DNA from: Hydrolagus colliei
Lineage: Eukaryota
DNA: 64,000 nucleotides
Reading direction: 5' to 3'
Assembly: GCA_035084275.1 (NCBI GenBank)
Contig: CM068755.1
Location: 12,152,001-12,216,000, forward strand
Shown: piece by piece, positions 1 to 12,125 of the stretch
Position numbering within the stretch: position 1 is the first letter of the stretch
Layout of the letters: each line of letters begins with the position of its first letter
The notes under the pieces: generated by a model
The model's input: the letters and a program-made list of their open reading frames with translations, nothing else
The model's database searches: none
Told to the model about the DNA's origin: nothing
Translations under genes and position numbers: made by a program

Positions 1-326
1 ACTTGGCCTGCTCCAAGCCCCCCGCCCGAACCGCCCCACCATCGGAGGCCGGGCCTTCAGTTTCTCCGCTCCCACCTTATGGAATGCGATCCCGCAATCC
101 CTCCGTTTCGCCTCTTCCCTTTCCTCTTTCAAGGCCGATTTGAAGACTTTCCTCTTCGATCGTGCCTTTTGTTCCACCCCGAACATTTTTACCTCCCCTT
201 CGTGTTTCACCCCTTCCCAAACACTCCCCTCCCAGCTCGGGTCACACGCCTCCTGTTCAGCGCCTTGGGATGTCCTCCCGACTTGAAAGGCGCTCTATAA
301 ATGTAAATTGTTGTTGTTGTTGTTGT
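1..326 (+). mobile_element. L2-clade LINE 3' end (truncated by window)
   Basis: TIGGRAFSFSAPTLWNAIP-like ORF2 C-terminus; 3' stem cagcgccttggga...gaaaggcgct; (TTG)n tail. Confidence 0.85.
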
Positions 327-2459
327 GTATAGTTTGCATTGGCAACAAGATTAAGTTCCTTTTTATTATAAAAAACCCCTGAAACTCCCTTAATAAGCAA
401 ATCCCACCTGAGTGTGGGCTAAATACGACTAGTTTGTTATTAATTGTTCTTGTTACTGATTATCTTGCTTAAATTTGGAATAACATTTTGACAGTTGTAT
501 CAAAAGTGTGACTAGCTAATTGCAAATCCCTCAATCGAAAAATGATGAACATAAAATATTTATCTATGCAGGTTCTTATGAATCAGACGCCTGCCTCATA
601 GGAACAGTCGGACTGCATGTAGGAAGATGTTTACTCAAGCACACTTTATGAATTAAGTGTGCTTAGATTAAAGTTTACTCTGTGCAAAGCCATATAGAGT
701 AGTTAACCTTCAGAAGGCTGAGCGGATTCCCATTATTTGGAGATTCTCACGCCATGGTTTGTGGCAATTCATCTAGAAAATATTGATTTATTCAATACGC
801 AGGAGCTTTCCCCCCAGCCACACCCCCCCAATGTATATCATCTCAAATATGAATTGCAGTTTTATTCAAAGCTTTTTGGATAGAATATATTGCAGCCGCA
901 TATATTTGGTGTTTATATGACTGCCTTCTTTATAGCTCTGTCACATGCCCTGTTCTACTGTACCACTAAATGCATTAGTATAATAGACTTGTGGATGATT
1001 CTCTGAAGGTTGGTCATTTTTCATCATGAAACTTCTGTCGTTTCAACTTTACTAAACCATCTTTGAATAATATTTGCTCACCCACGATGGCTGGCAAATG
1101 CATTGACAGATAAAGAATAGACCCTTTGTAAAGCTGTAAGGAATAACAACGGATTGGTAATGATTTACAAGGCATTAATTTGCTTACTTTGGTTAAAAAA
1201 AACCTTTTTAACTTTGTCCTGTGGTTTGACATTGTGAATTTGTGCTTGATAACTCCCTAACAGACACTTCTGTATATTATCCAAAATTTCTCACCATGTT
1301 CTATGCTACAACAGTGTGGTTCAGTCGCACACGGGTTAAAGAGAGAGAACTGTTGCTGGATATATGGAAATTGCAGGTGAGACAAAAGCTACAAAGTTGA
1401 CTTACTGCGGTTCAGTGCTATTTTGACATTTCCTCTGCTGAAGAAATTGCTGGATTATGCTGCAGTTTCTTTTGATAAAGGCGCCATCGTGTGGATTATT
1501 TGTGAATTCCATTCTTTCAGACACTTTCAGTTAATCAGCAGGACTCTGGGCATTGAAAGGCGCACAACAAAATGACAGCCACAAGATATTCCTTAGTTTT
1601 ATACTTGCACATCTTTTTAGCTGTACCTGCTAAGTGTATTCTTTTAAGGGCATATTTTAGAATTTTACAAATGCGCAATGCAGCTTTTGCATGATTTGTA
1701 TTTAAACAGTCTGGGTGCATTTTACAATCTTAATACCTGTACAATATTTTCTGTTCAGTTGTGTTTATTTATAACTGACATTCATATTTGCCGATGTAAG
1801 GATAATGAATAATAAATCCATTACAGATTTACAACCTTAAATCTCTGGCTGTGTGGGCCACACAGAATATAATTCTTTTAAAGTTTGGCAACACGTGTTG
1901 CAGATCCAGACATGGGCTTTTCATACAAACACTTCCATATGATGCACGACAGCATGAAGAAACGGAATGTTTCCAAACTTTAAAATGCAAATGTGTTTGT
2001 CCTTGCATTGACAAAAGTCTCAAACCCTAAAGAGACCCCATTTACTCTCCTCCTCCCACAAGGAGGACAATATTCAGACAGGGCGAAGGAGCAAAGATGT
2101 TAATGAAATGCAAAAACTTAACTGGTACATCAAGTACTGCACAGAAGAATTTATTCAAATCTGGGGAGGCACCCAACTTCCTGCTTGTATCTCTGCTCCG
2201 CCAATTCAGTTCCTTGTTGATTCATTTCTTTTGTGACTCTTGGGGTAGCTCCCGGGCTTCTTATTTCTTGTTTCTTCCTCTCATGTTGTTTCTCTTTCCC
2301 ATCTTTCTCTTGACCCGACCTCCAGATTAACATCACGCAATAAGATATTTATAGACCAAACATGTGATGTTGCGTGTTTGGACTTGGGGATTGGCATCGT
2401 GAATTCTCCAGGTCAAAGATTCTGAAGAATTCTTGTCCTTTATCTGTATTTTCTGCAGA

Positions 2460-2610
2460 GGAATGTTTAATAATCTGGGGATTGTTGGCCAAGACAAAGG
2501 GAGAAACGTACTTCTTATTTTGAATCGTGGCAAGGGATCTTTTAATATCCACCTGAACAAGCAAATAGGACAAAGTTTTAACATCTAATTCAAAAGATAT
2601 TGTAGTCTAT
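2460..2610 (-). mobile_element. Deu-domain SINE fragment (AmnSINE1/SacSINE1-like core)
   Basis: reverse complement reads TGTTCAGGTGGATATTAAAAGATCCCTTGCCACGATTCAAAA...GTCTTGGCCAACAATCCCC, matching the recalled Deu core and the copy at 8541. Confidence 0.7.
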
Positions 2611-2761
2611 GAACACCAGTTTGCAAGTAACTCAGACATCTAATGTTGTCAAGAACACAAAGGCATGAAAAAGTCCATTACAGGTCATCTGCATGGTCTC
2701 AAATTGAAATAAAAATATACACACCTCCATGCCCATTACTCCTCAGTTGACTTATTACTGT

Positions 2762-3073
2762 GGATTCCCGTAGCTCAGTGGTTAGAGCACTTGCCTGACA
2801 AGCGTGAGACCTGTGCTTGAATCCAGGCAGGTCAGGGTGAAACCTTGGGCAAATTTCCTTAATCCACACGCCTAATAATCCTCAAAAAATACAACCATAA
2901 AATTGTTCATTTTAATCCACAACTGTTCGTGGGACACTGCTGTGCGAAATTGGCTGCCGCATTTCGCCCACAAATGTACAGTCAATTCACTTTACAGTAT
3001 ATTCTGTGAAGTTCTTTGAAATGTCTAAAAGACATGAAAAGCATTATATCAAATGCAAGGATTATTATTATTA
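2762..3073 (+). mobile_element. tRNA-derived SINE, full length
   Basis: A-box GTAGCTCAGTGGTTAGAGC, B-box-like TTGAATCC, aaaccttgggcaa body, L2-like tail and (TTA)n; similar copies at 11811, 19811, 24232, 44534. Confidence 0.93.
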
Positions 3074-5399
3074 GCTAAATAGCTATCTAATCTTCTTGTG
3101 ATACAATCTGCTTTCTGAGTAACCTAATCTATGTATTCACTTGTACATTACTTAATGTAATGAACACTAAATTCTGATCACCTTCTTTCTTTTGAGCTCA
3201 GGTCCAAAGTCCTGATATAGAATTACATTCTCCAGTTGATCCGGAACATTATTGCAATTGGACAATAGTTAAAAGTAAGACTAGTTTGGAGGAGAAGCAA
3301 CTTATGTAGGAATGAAGATGTGGGTGAATTCAGAGAGTTTATATCCTGAATTTAAAAATGAACCTTTGACCAAACCCACCCCAGCCCCAGTAGCCTAGCT
3401 TTCGACTATCATTAGCAGCACAAAATATGGAATCATTCAGTCATTTGGAACTTCGCTGCCAATCTGAACAAAAGCTGGTTGAAAGTTGCTTCTCAATCCC
3501 TAGTCATGTTCAGTAAATCATAATTCTTTTAGAGGATGAGGAGGTGAATTAAAAGCTGTTGAAATTGGGTCAAAGTTAGAGTTCTTTGCAAAATTGGATG
3601 GCTGTAGATTTAGTGGTGTGTTTGGAGTTGATCTTCATGTTGGGGCAGGTGAAAGAGATGAATGGGTTACTATTAGTTAAATATTTGGCCAATCAATCAG
3701 TGACATTGATGTACATGTGGAAGTAATTTAACCAACACTATTGTACATTTCAATGTGTTGCTGTGAAAGGAGCTATAGAATTGTGCAGCACTTTTTATAT
3801 AAAGAAGATTTAAAGCAAATACAATAAGCTAGTGGTGCTTTTTTTTTAGTGTGCATTTAATTAAAAACAATCCACTGGTTCAGGTACTTTGAAGTTGAGT
3901 TAATGCACAGTGCAGTTTTATTGAGGTGACCTGCAACCCTAAGAGTCCACCTTGCCCAGCATACAAAACACAGAAAACCTGTCCATCTCCTTAGCTGTCA
4001 GGAAAAGCCTAGTGCAGTCCATATGCCAGCTATTTGTGAAACATCCCGTGGTCTTGAGGGATGCTGAAGGCTGCTCTCATTCTCACTGTTTGCAGCCTTT
4101 GAAATTAAAAGTGGCAGTTCTGCTAAGCTCTCATCCCTCTTATGGGTAGTTTTCTGGTGGCAAATATAAATCAAGCTGTCAGATGTAATGCAAGCCATTT
4201 GATCCAACGACCTGTAGTCTGGGGGCAGAGCCAAGTTTCCTGGAATGGTGATGTTGGCAAAAGTTTACTTTATTCAGGCTGGTAAACCAATATATATTTA
4301 TATTTCATGTTCAGGGCTCCAAAGGGGAGATTCAGCACCAAAGCTCAATCCCATGGCAATCGCTAACACTATTTTCTTCCCCCTCGGTTGTGTGTTTATA
4401 CTATAATAGGATTTCCCATCTTAAAGGTGGAATGAATAATCCCAATTGGTTGCTGGACATACTTTACTCACATACCGCACCCCCCTCCCCCCCACTACCC
4501 CCACCTTCCTCCATTTACCATATTAATTTACTAAAATAAATTAACATTTATATTTGGCATCTTTAAACCAAGCATATCTAGGGCCAACCATAACCAGCAC
4601 AGATGTGCTAAGGATTGAACCTTGCGGCTGCTGGGAGGAAAGGATTATTTGGAGAACTTTAATTGGCGTAACCAAATGCACACCGATCTTGCATGTTGTT
4701 TTAACAGGCATTAGTTAACTCTTGGAGTGAGAGAGCTCCACAGGCAAGAGGAGTGTGAGAATATTTGCGGGGATTGATGCAGATTATTGAGTGGTAGTTC
4801 CAGAAGCTTCTGCTTAACAAATGTAAAGACAAATGTCTTCTGGTAGAACATGGACCTGTTCAATTTGCCTCGCCTGCAGGGCTTGGAGTGGTAGATCAGT
4901 CACAGAGGGGCAGGCATTCTTCTGTTCTAACTCCTGTTAACCTGGCAGACCAAAATCCGAATGGACAGGGAGGTCCTAGCTGGACAAACAGCGGGAAGCT
5001 TGCCGGACCATATGCTGTAAGCAATGTGGCTTGAGCTAGTTAAACTCCACAAGCACCCGAATGCACAATCTGGGATGCCCAAGCCTTCACAGTCATCCGT
5101 TTATGCCTAAACCACTCGGGAAGTATGGTGTGTCTTTCCAGGGAGAATGTGTGAATTCTATTCAAGACCCAGGGTAATGTATAGACGAGGCCACGCTAGC
5201 TTTTTTTGCTAGCTTTTTATAGCATATGTACCACTCTTTGTTGCAGTTTAGATCAGGTGTAATTACTAAACCAATACAAGCTGAATTGTCTGTAAACATA
5301 CAATGTTTGTGTCCTTTATGGTGCAGAGATAGTTGGACAAAGTGATCGTAAATCTGCATTGACACTTAATGTGAACCTATCAGTGATTCACCACCAGAT

Positions 5400-6303
5400 T
5401 CTGTTTGTCTATCTTCGCACCAACATGCTGATCACCCAGCTCCCTCTCGTCTGCCCCCTGCTGGCAGGCATCATTAATCAGACCCTCTCCTCAGGATCAA
5501 TTCCTACCCCCTCAAAACCACTGTCATCACACCTCCCCACCTTAATAAAACCTACCTTTCATTGCCAACCACCTCTCTCTCCACACCCTATTTGAACTCC
5601 TCTAGTCCAGCTTCCGTACGCAACCTAGGCGTCAGGTGCAACCCCTAATTATCCTTCCTCTCCCACATCTGGTCCCTCACCAGCACCGCCTTCTTCCATC
5701 TCAGCCACATTGCCCTTCTCCACCAATATCTCACCCCAAAAGCTGCAGAAACCATGGTCCATGCCATTGTCACCTCTCGGCTGGACTAGTCCAACGCCCT
5801 CCCTGCCGGTCTCCCCTCCACCACAATTCACAAAATCCAGTTTATAGAGAACTCTGCCACCTGCATTCTCACCTGAACCAAACTTTGCTCCCTTATTACC
5901 CCAGTCCTCATCAGACTGGCCCCTTCACAGAATGGATTGACTTCAAGATCCTGTCTCTTGTATTAAATCCCTCCCCCCACCTTTCTAACCTCCTCTCTCC
6001 TCACAGCAGTATTCACTGCTTCCGCTTAACTGGGTCTGACTTTCTTGTCGCCCGATCCTCCGCTCCATCAGCTATGCCTTCAGCCACTATGCCTCAAAAC
6101 TCTGGAACTCCCTCCCTCAATTCCTTCACCTCACACCTTCCTTTTCTATTTTCAGGTCACGCCTGCAGACTTTTCTGTTCGACCGCGCCTACGGTCACCT
6201 TCCCCCCCCCCCCTGGCTAGGCCCCGAGCTCCGCTATTGTGAAGTGCTCTGAGACGCTGTCTGGGGTGGAGGGCGCTATGTAAAATCCAAGTTGTTGTGT
6301 TGT
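5400..6303 (+). mobile_element. Degenerate, internally deleted L2 LINE
   Basis: PLLAGIINQTLSSGSIP (pre-RT), then VRNLGV...LTPKAAETMVHAIVTSRLD*SNAL (post-RT) with stops and frameshifts; 3' tail gaagtgctctgagacg...gggcgctatgtaaaatccaagttgttg. Confidence 0.88.
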
Positions 6304-8540
6304 GATAACTGCTCTTTCTTGATTTCCTTTATTTAGTAAAGAGATGAATCACTTTTTGAACACATCCAACATATTGTTGAGGTTGATGAGACACCAAACG
6401 GAACCAAATACATTTCCCTGAGAGATCCCTGTGTAGGTGTTTTGTTAAGATGCTGAATGTTCATTTATCATGACCCAGTGCTTTCCCAGGGGAAGCTCAT
6501 AAGCAATTCAACAACTCCAGATGCCACAAGAGGCTACTTTCTCAGTCAGAATGTGATATTTATCCTATTGAAGGGCACAGAACCATTGAGTGTCCTTGGT
6601 GCACCCACATGCTTGGGATTCAGAGAATGACCGGTAATTTAGATGATACTTGACAGCTAACATTGGCCCTTATGATTTTTCTCTCTCCTCCCTAAAGCTC
6701 TATCCCTACTCTCTCTTAAGGAGTTTCCAAAGAAAATGATGGTGGTCATTATGCCTGTTGCAAGTACAGTACTTTCATTTCATTCTCTTTGCTATCCTTT
6801 GTTTTTTCCACACATCTTCACTTCTCACTCAAATTCAAGAGTTTTAAAATTCATTTGCAAATGTAATCATTGACTTTATTGTTATGGTAATGCAATGAAC
6901 CACTAATAGTGAATGTATAGTGCAATAATAATCAATCTTACTTAATAGGAAAAAAACACAACAAGCACACAACTAAACCCGATTAAACAGGTTCAGACAA
7001 TTGAAAGCTTTACAAATAATGGGACGTGCACTGTACATTTGGGAAATAGATTAAAAAGAAAGGGTATTATACCAGAAATAGTGCATTTAAAAAGAAGTCT
7101 GGTACGACAGGAGGACTGTACTCCTACTAAAAATGTGTTCTCTGAAATCGAAGCCTCTTATGCCTCATCATGCATCGTGTCTGGCAACGTTAGCTGATGG
7201 CAGGAAGGAGAATTGACGTTTCTTGAGCTTGACTTAGGGGTCGCTACATTCCTTTTGTTGTTCTTTAAACTGCATCTGCTTTGTGCCACTTTTCCTTTCA
7301 GTGCAGCTGTTTTTTTTTGCTAAATTTACCACCTCAGCAGTCTTAGATTTCACTCCTGACAAGTCTCTGTGGAGCTGAACACAGACGATTGTGAATGTAT
7401 GCAAAAGGTGGAACCAAGAAAGCAAATCCTCCACATCTGCAACCAGGCAATTCATTCTTCCTATATTTATAGGTTGCTCAGTAGCTTGTGTTCATATTTT
7501 CCGTAGCTTTTCCGACCAAGGATTAATATCTGGCTTGCACAGGACAAATGTGTAGCAATTAATCTAAAGTCGTGAGACTCCTACACACACCACATGTTAA
7601 ATTACGAATGTATTTAGTGCTTTGTGTTTGTTTGCAAAGGGTGAAGTGCTTATGCCGGAAATATTTTTTATTGTTTGAATTGATTTTTAATAAAGGGAAA
7701 AAAATCACGTTTGTAACATGAATTCCTGACCGTAAAACAGTTTAATTTCATTAAAGGTGTGATAGTTGGTGCAAATCAGCCAAAATTTTGTTTCAGAATT
7801 GCCACATAACCATAGGAAGATTGCAGCACAGACTTATTGAATATTTCCAATAAAATTCTGTCGCCCTTTTTATGCCTGCCCCCCACCTCCCCGCGCCCCC
7901 CCAACCCCCCCCCCCCCCTTTCCCAATGGTGTGAATGATGTGTCAGTTTGGGAACAATAAATTGTAGAGGGAAAAATGACTTTTTTGATGAATTTTAATG
8001 GAATTTCTGAGTTCAGGCTGTACATTAAAAAGGATGTTGTGCTTGGTTTTAGCTGCTTTGATGGATAGTGAACACTTTTTCTTTGGAGATCGAGTGCAGC
8101 TTGGGTCACTTAAAACACTGGGCTCCCCACAACTGCACTGACCATATGACCCCAAAACCCATTCTCAGAAGAACCTACTTTGGTTTTTATCAAGTTCTAT
8201 TAATTCCCTAGGCTGGCAGCCCAAACTCCTTGGCGTAGTTGATGTAATGTAGTGAGATTTTTTCTGGCGTGTGTAAGCTTTTAGGAAACTAGCTGCTGAA
8301 ACTCATTATACTTGTGACCTTCAAACTGCTAGACTTGAACTAGTCACACATGGTGTGGTTTTGAAATCCGACATGAGAAAGTTATTCACATAATCACACC
8401 TTTTCTGTGATTCAATATTCATATAAATACCTTGGAACATGTTTTACACGCGTCCTTTATTTCCAATCTCAATCAAAGTACGAATAACGATTTTTTATTT
8501 GTAAACACATTGCAAGTTCTGAATTATATTGATCTTCAGT

Positions 8541-8896
8541 GTTAGCTTGGCTCAGTGGTAGCATTCTTATCTATGGGTCACAAGGTTCTGGGTTTAAACC
8601 CTATGACAGAACTCACATAATTCAATGCAGTGCTGGGGTGTGTTCCCTGGTCAGAGGTGTCGTTATTTGGATTGCATTGTTCAGGCTGACGTCCCGTCTT
8701 CCTGTTCAGGTAAATGTTAAAAATCCTATGGTACTATTTGAAAAGGGCAGGGAGATTTGGCCAACAGTTCCCCTAAATAAATTGGTCATGCATTATATTG
8801 TTGTTCACACACATTGCTGTGTTAATTAGGCAGCTGCATTCATCTACAAATAGGCACTATGCTTTGGAATGTTTTCCCCATGTGAATGGGCCTATA
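8541..8896 (+). mobile_element. Old Deu-domain tRNA-SINE (SacSINE1-like)
   Basis: agcttggctcagtggtagca head, gggtttaaaccc B-box-like, TTCAGGTAAATGTTAAAAATCCTATGGTACTATTTGAA Deu core, L2-type 3' end. Confidence 0.78.
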
Positions 8897-9175
8897 CAAC
8901 AAATAATAACAACAAAATTACATTTATAGAGTGCCTTTCACGTCGGGGAGATGTTCCAAGGCACTGAACAGTCAGGTCGGGACCCGGGGAAGGGGGAGGG
9001 GAAGGAGAGAGTTAGGAGGGGAGGGATAGTGTTGGGAGGGCAGCAGAAGGCAGGATTGAAAAGGGTCTTCAGATCGGCCTTAAAGGATGTAGCGAGACGA
9101 AGGGACTGGGATGTAGTTCCCAAGTGTGGGGGCGGAGAGGCTGACACCCTGTGCACCAATGGTAGGGCGGCTCAA
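8897..9175 (-). mobile_element. L2 LINE 3' end
   Basis: reverse complement resembles 1-326 (SFKADLKTLFNPAF; ccttggaacatctccccgacgtgaaaggcactctataaatgtaattttgttgtt). Confidence 0.85.
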
Positions 9176-11810
9176 GCAAGGTCTGTACCAAATAGAAGGA
9201 TTATTACTATTACTGTATAACTTTTTCCTTATCAGCTGGGTGGATAAAGCAACGGTTCAGGAAAGTATTCACTAATGGTCACCGAGAATCTTGCTGTTAA
9301 TGTCGCAGCTGACTTGTAAGGTTTCTGCTCTGAAGTATATTGAGTACCCATGAGTCTTTTTTTTGACATTGTCGGTTAACTAGAGTTTCCTTTGGTGCCC
9401 TGATGGACAATCCTCTATGTGAAAATTGGTCATGGTCTTCATTGACATCTATGAGATACTGCTGTATTCAAATTGGCTGTCATCTAAAATTCCTTGTGAA
9501 GGGCTTTGAGACATTTTGATGTTATACATGTAATATCAAATGCAAGCATGATTATTATTGAGTTGCTGTAGTAGTGCTAATGGCTCTCCCAGATGGCTTT
9601 ATTGCTAAAATCATTACTTGGTATAAAACTCCCTATGATAAGACTACTGATACCTGCCAGGGGCGGTTTTATTTGGGGGAGGGGGGCAGAGAGAGAGAGA
9701 TGAAATTGGCTTTAATGACTCTCTGTGTTTATATTACAAAATAATGAAAATCAGCCTGCATTCCAGCTTCAGATCTGGTTGGTGACTGTTGTAGTTTCAG
9801 TGAGAACATTGAGTGAGAGGAAAATGGAGTTCAACTTGGATGCTCCCTAGCTTTCACTCAGTACAGTATCTATTCTTACTCAGGAATTGTGACCCAGCAT
9901 AATTAACTTCCATCAGAAGAGAAGGGTGAGAAATCTGCAGAAATCTGGGTGGAAAACAACCCCCCAAATTATATAAACAATAATTAAAAGGCAGACGTTT
10001 TAGTTCGTGAAGTTTGATCATTAAAAATCCTTGTAAACATTGCTCTTGAAGTTTGACCCCAGAGTAAGCCACATAAACCAAGTTTGAACATGGCACTGCA
10101 GATAGGATTGAGTTGCGCTTCTGATCACAATTTTCCAGTTCTTCACATTACCTGTTGCACAGAAATGAACATCAACCTTCGGTGGAAATTGAAGCAGTGT
10201 CAGTGATTGACAGGAAAAGGGAGCATTTCTTTTGAACCACAATAACCAGAACGTTGTTCTGTATCAGGAGTCTCTGTAGAAGGCAAACAATGAGTGAATA
10301 ATGTGAGGGATTGAGTGAAAGCTTTAACTACCTCTGAGGAGAAACTGTGTCCTTGTTTCTTTGAAGGGTTTCCTTGTAAACATTTCATAGTGAAAAGCAG
10401 TATCATTCTTGATCGACAATGCGTACTGGTTGCATTTTGTGCAAGAAACGAGTTTTGTTCTCTGCTGCTGATATTACCAGATCAATACAACCCTTTTTTT
10501 CTGTTAGTTGGGACAGCATAAGGATCTCATCCCTGAATAATGCACTTTTACAATGAGCTGCACAGTAAACGAAAATGCATTTTATAGCTGAAATATTGCA
10601 TGTTAATATCCATTCTTAACTATGACATTAGAGCACTAAATCATCGATTGTGCCGTATTGATTTAAACTCTCTACCATTGCCATGTTTTAAAATTTTTGG
10701 AAAATATACTTTTAAATAAAGAATTCAGTCTGTAATGTCACTGAATTCGACCCAAGTTGCTTTGAGCTGTAAAGATTCTGTGTTGGCTAACTAAGAAGTA
10801 TACAGTTTCTTTTCTTTCTAGATTTTTAACACATGCTCAATAGACCTATGGGGTCAAATATTTCCAATTGATTTTCTGTATCTTAAAATGGTCCCAACTT
10901 CCTTGACATCTGCTTTCAGTAAACTTCAAACATTCGCTTTTCGGAAATTCAACACGTTTGATTTTCTAATTTGTTATAAGAAGTGATATGTGGGAACACG
11001 CCTGGAAACACGCAACGAGATCTGAGAAACTATTAATTGGGCTTCTATTGGAGCCAACACGTCAGGCAGAAAGAGGGGAAAAAAGTAGCGCATTTAGCTG
11101 TTGTCAGGAATTGACTGGAAACTGTTTATTGGTACGTTGCAGTTTTCTGTATTCAGATCATTTACAGACACTACTTTCAGGTGATATCAGTGAGGCAGCT
11201 CTTGCCAAACCCATTTTTCTCAACCTGCCTGGAGTGTTTTGCCTTGAAGGTATTGCCTTGACTTAAACCTATTAAGTTTGTGTCAAGAAACATTCATTCC
11301 CTGAGCATCTATAAGCTACATGATGTTGTCATACCTGCAAACTCAGTCTAGCCATCTTCATGTTGATTAGATACAGTGGGTGCACATGGTGTGGCTCACA
11401 GTTTAACTCACACAAAGTGCTGCTGAATGGTGATGGGCTGCAGAATGTAACTCGCTGTGACAAGGCCAAAGGTTTTAATGACTTCTAAAGTTCAATTCAC
11501 AAGAAGGCTGATTTTTCATCAAACAACTGCAACTAACTTCTGTGTCTTGATTTATTTCTCACTCACTGCTTTGTTATTATCTTTTATCTTTCGAGTAGCT
11601 ATTGTCTGACATATAAAGTTTTTCTAGGCATATTTACGCTAAGCAAAGCATTGTACCAAAGTCAGAGGTGTTGACAGTTTAATGTGCATTCATTAGTTCA
11701 AAAATTTCCTGCTTGTGAAGGGTTTCAGGAACGCCTAGAAGTACTGGTGGAATTGAGAATTAATATAATTTTGTATTTGGGCACTTTGTGGATTTTTGAA
11801 TGGAATCTTC

Positions 11811-12125
11811 GGATGTGATTGTGGCTCAGTGGTTAGAGCACTCGCCTTACAAGTGTGAGACCAGTGTTTAATATCCAGGCAGGTCAGGGCGAAACCTTGG
11901 GCAAGTTTCCTTACTCCACATGCCTGATAATAATCCCTCCAAGGATTATTAAAACCACAATAATAAAATTGGTCATTTCAATCCACGACTGTTGTGGGAC
12001 ATTGCTGTGTACAATTGGCTGCTGCATTTCGCCCACAAGTATACAGTCAATTCACTTTACAGTTTATTCCTTGAAGCGCTTTGAGACATCTAGAAGATGA
12101 ACGGATTAGTATTGTTTATTATTAT
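11811..12125 (+). mobile_element. tRNA-derived SINE, near full length
   Basis: GTGGCTCAGTGGTTAGAGC head; body colinear with the 2762 copy. Confidence 0.92.

Noticed and set aside
572-650. Possible upstream MCTP2 exon after tatctatgcag
   Set aside because: Translation shows no similarity to the expected YLLTIHLKEGRNL..RDR exon; I found no such exon in 1-18454, so it probably lies before the window
2762-2835. tRNA-like sequence (also at 11811, 19811, 24232, 44740)
   Set aside because: A/B boxes run directly into SINE body and tail; no intact cloverleaf
5636-6220. Longest ORF in the track (194 aa, Pro/His/Ser-rich)
   Set aside because: Mostly off-frame translation of a decayed L2 element; not a host gene
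9580-9850. Possible further ancient SINE relic (also about 38320-38560)
   Set aside because: Too degenerate to assign a family or boundaries by eye
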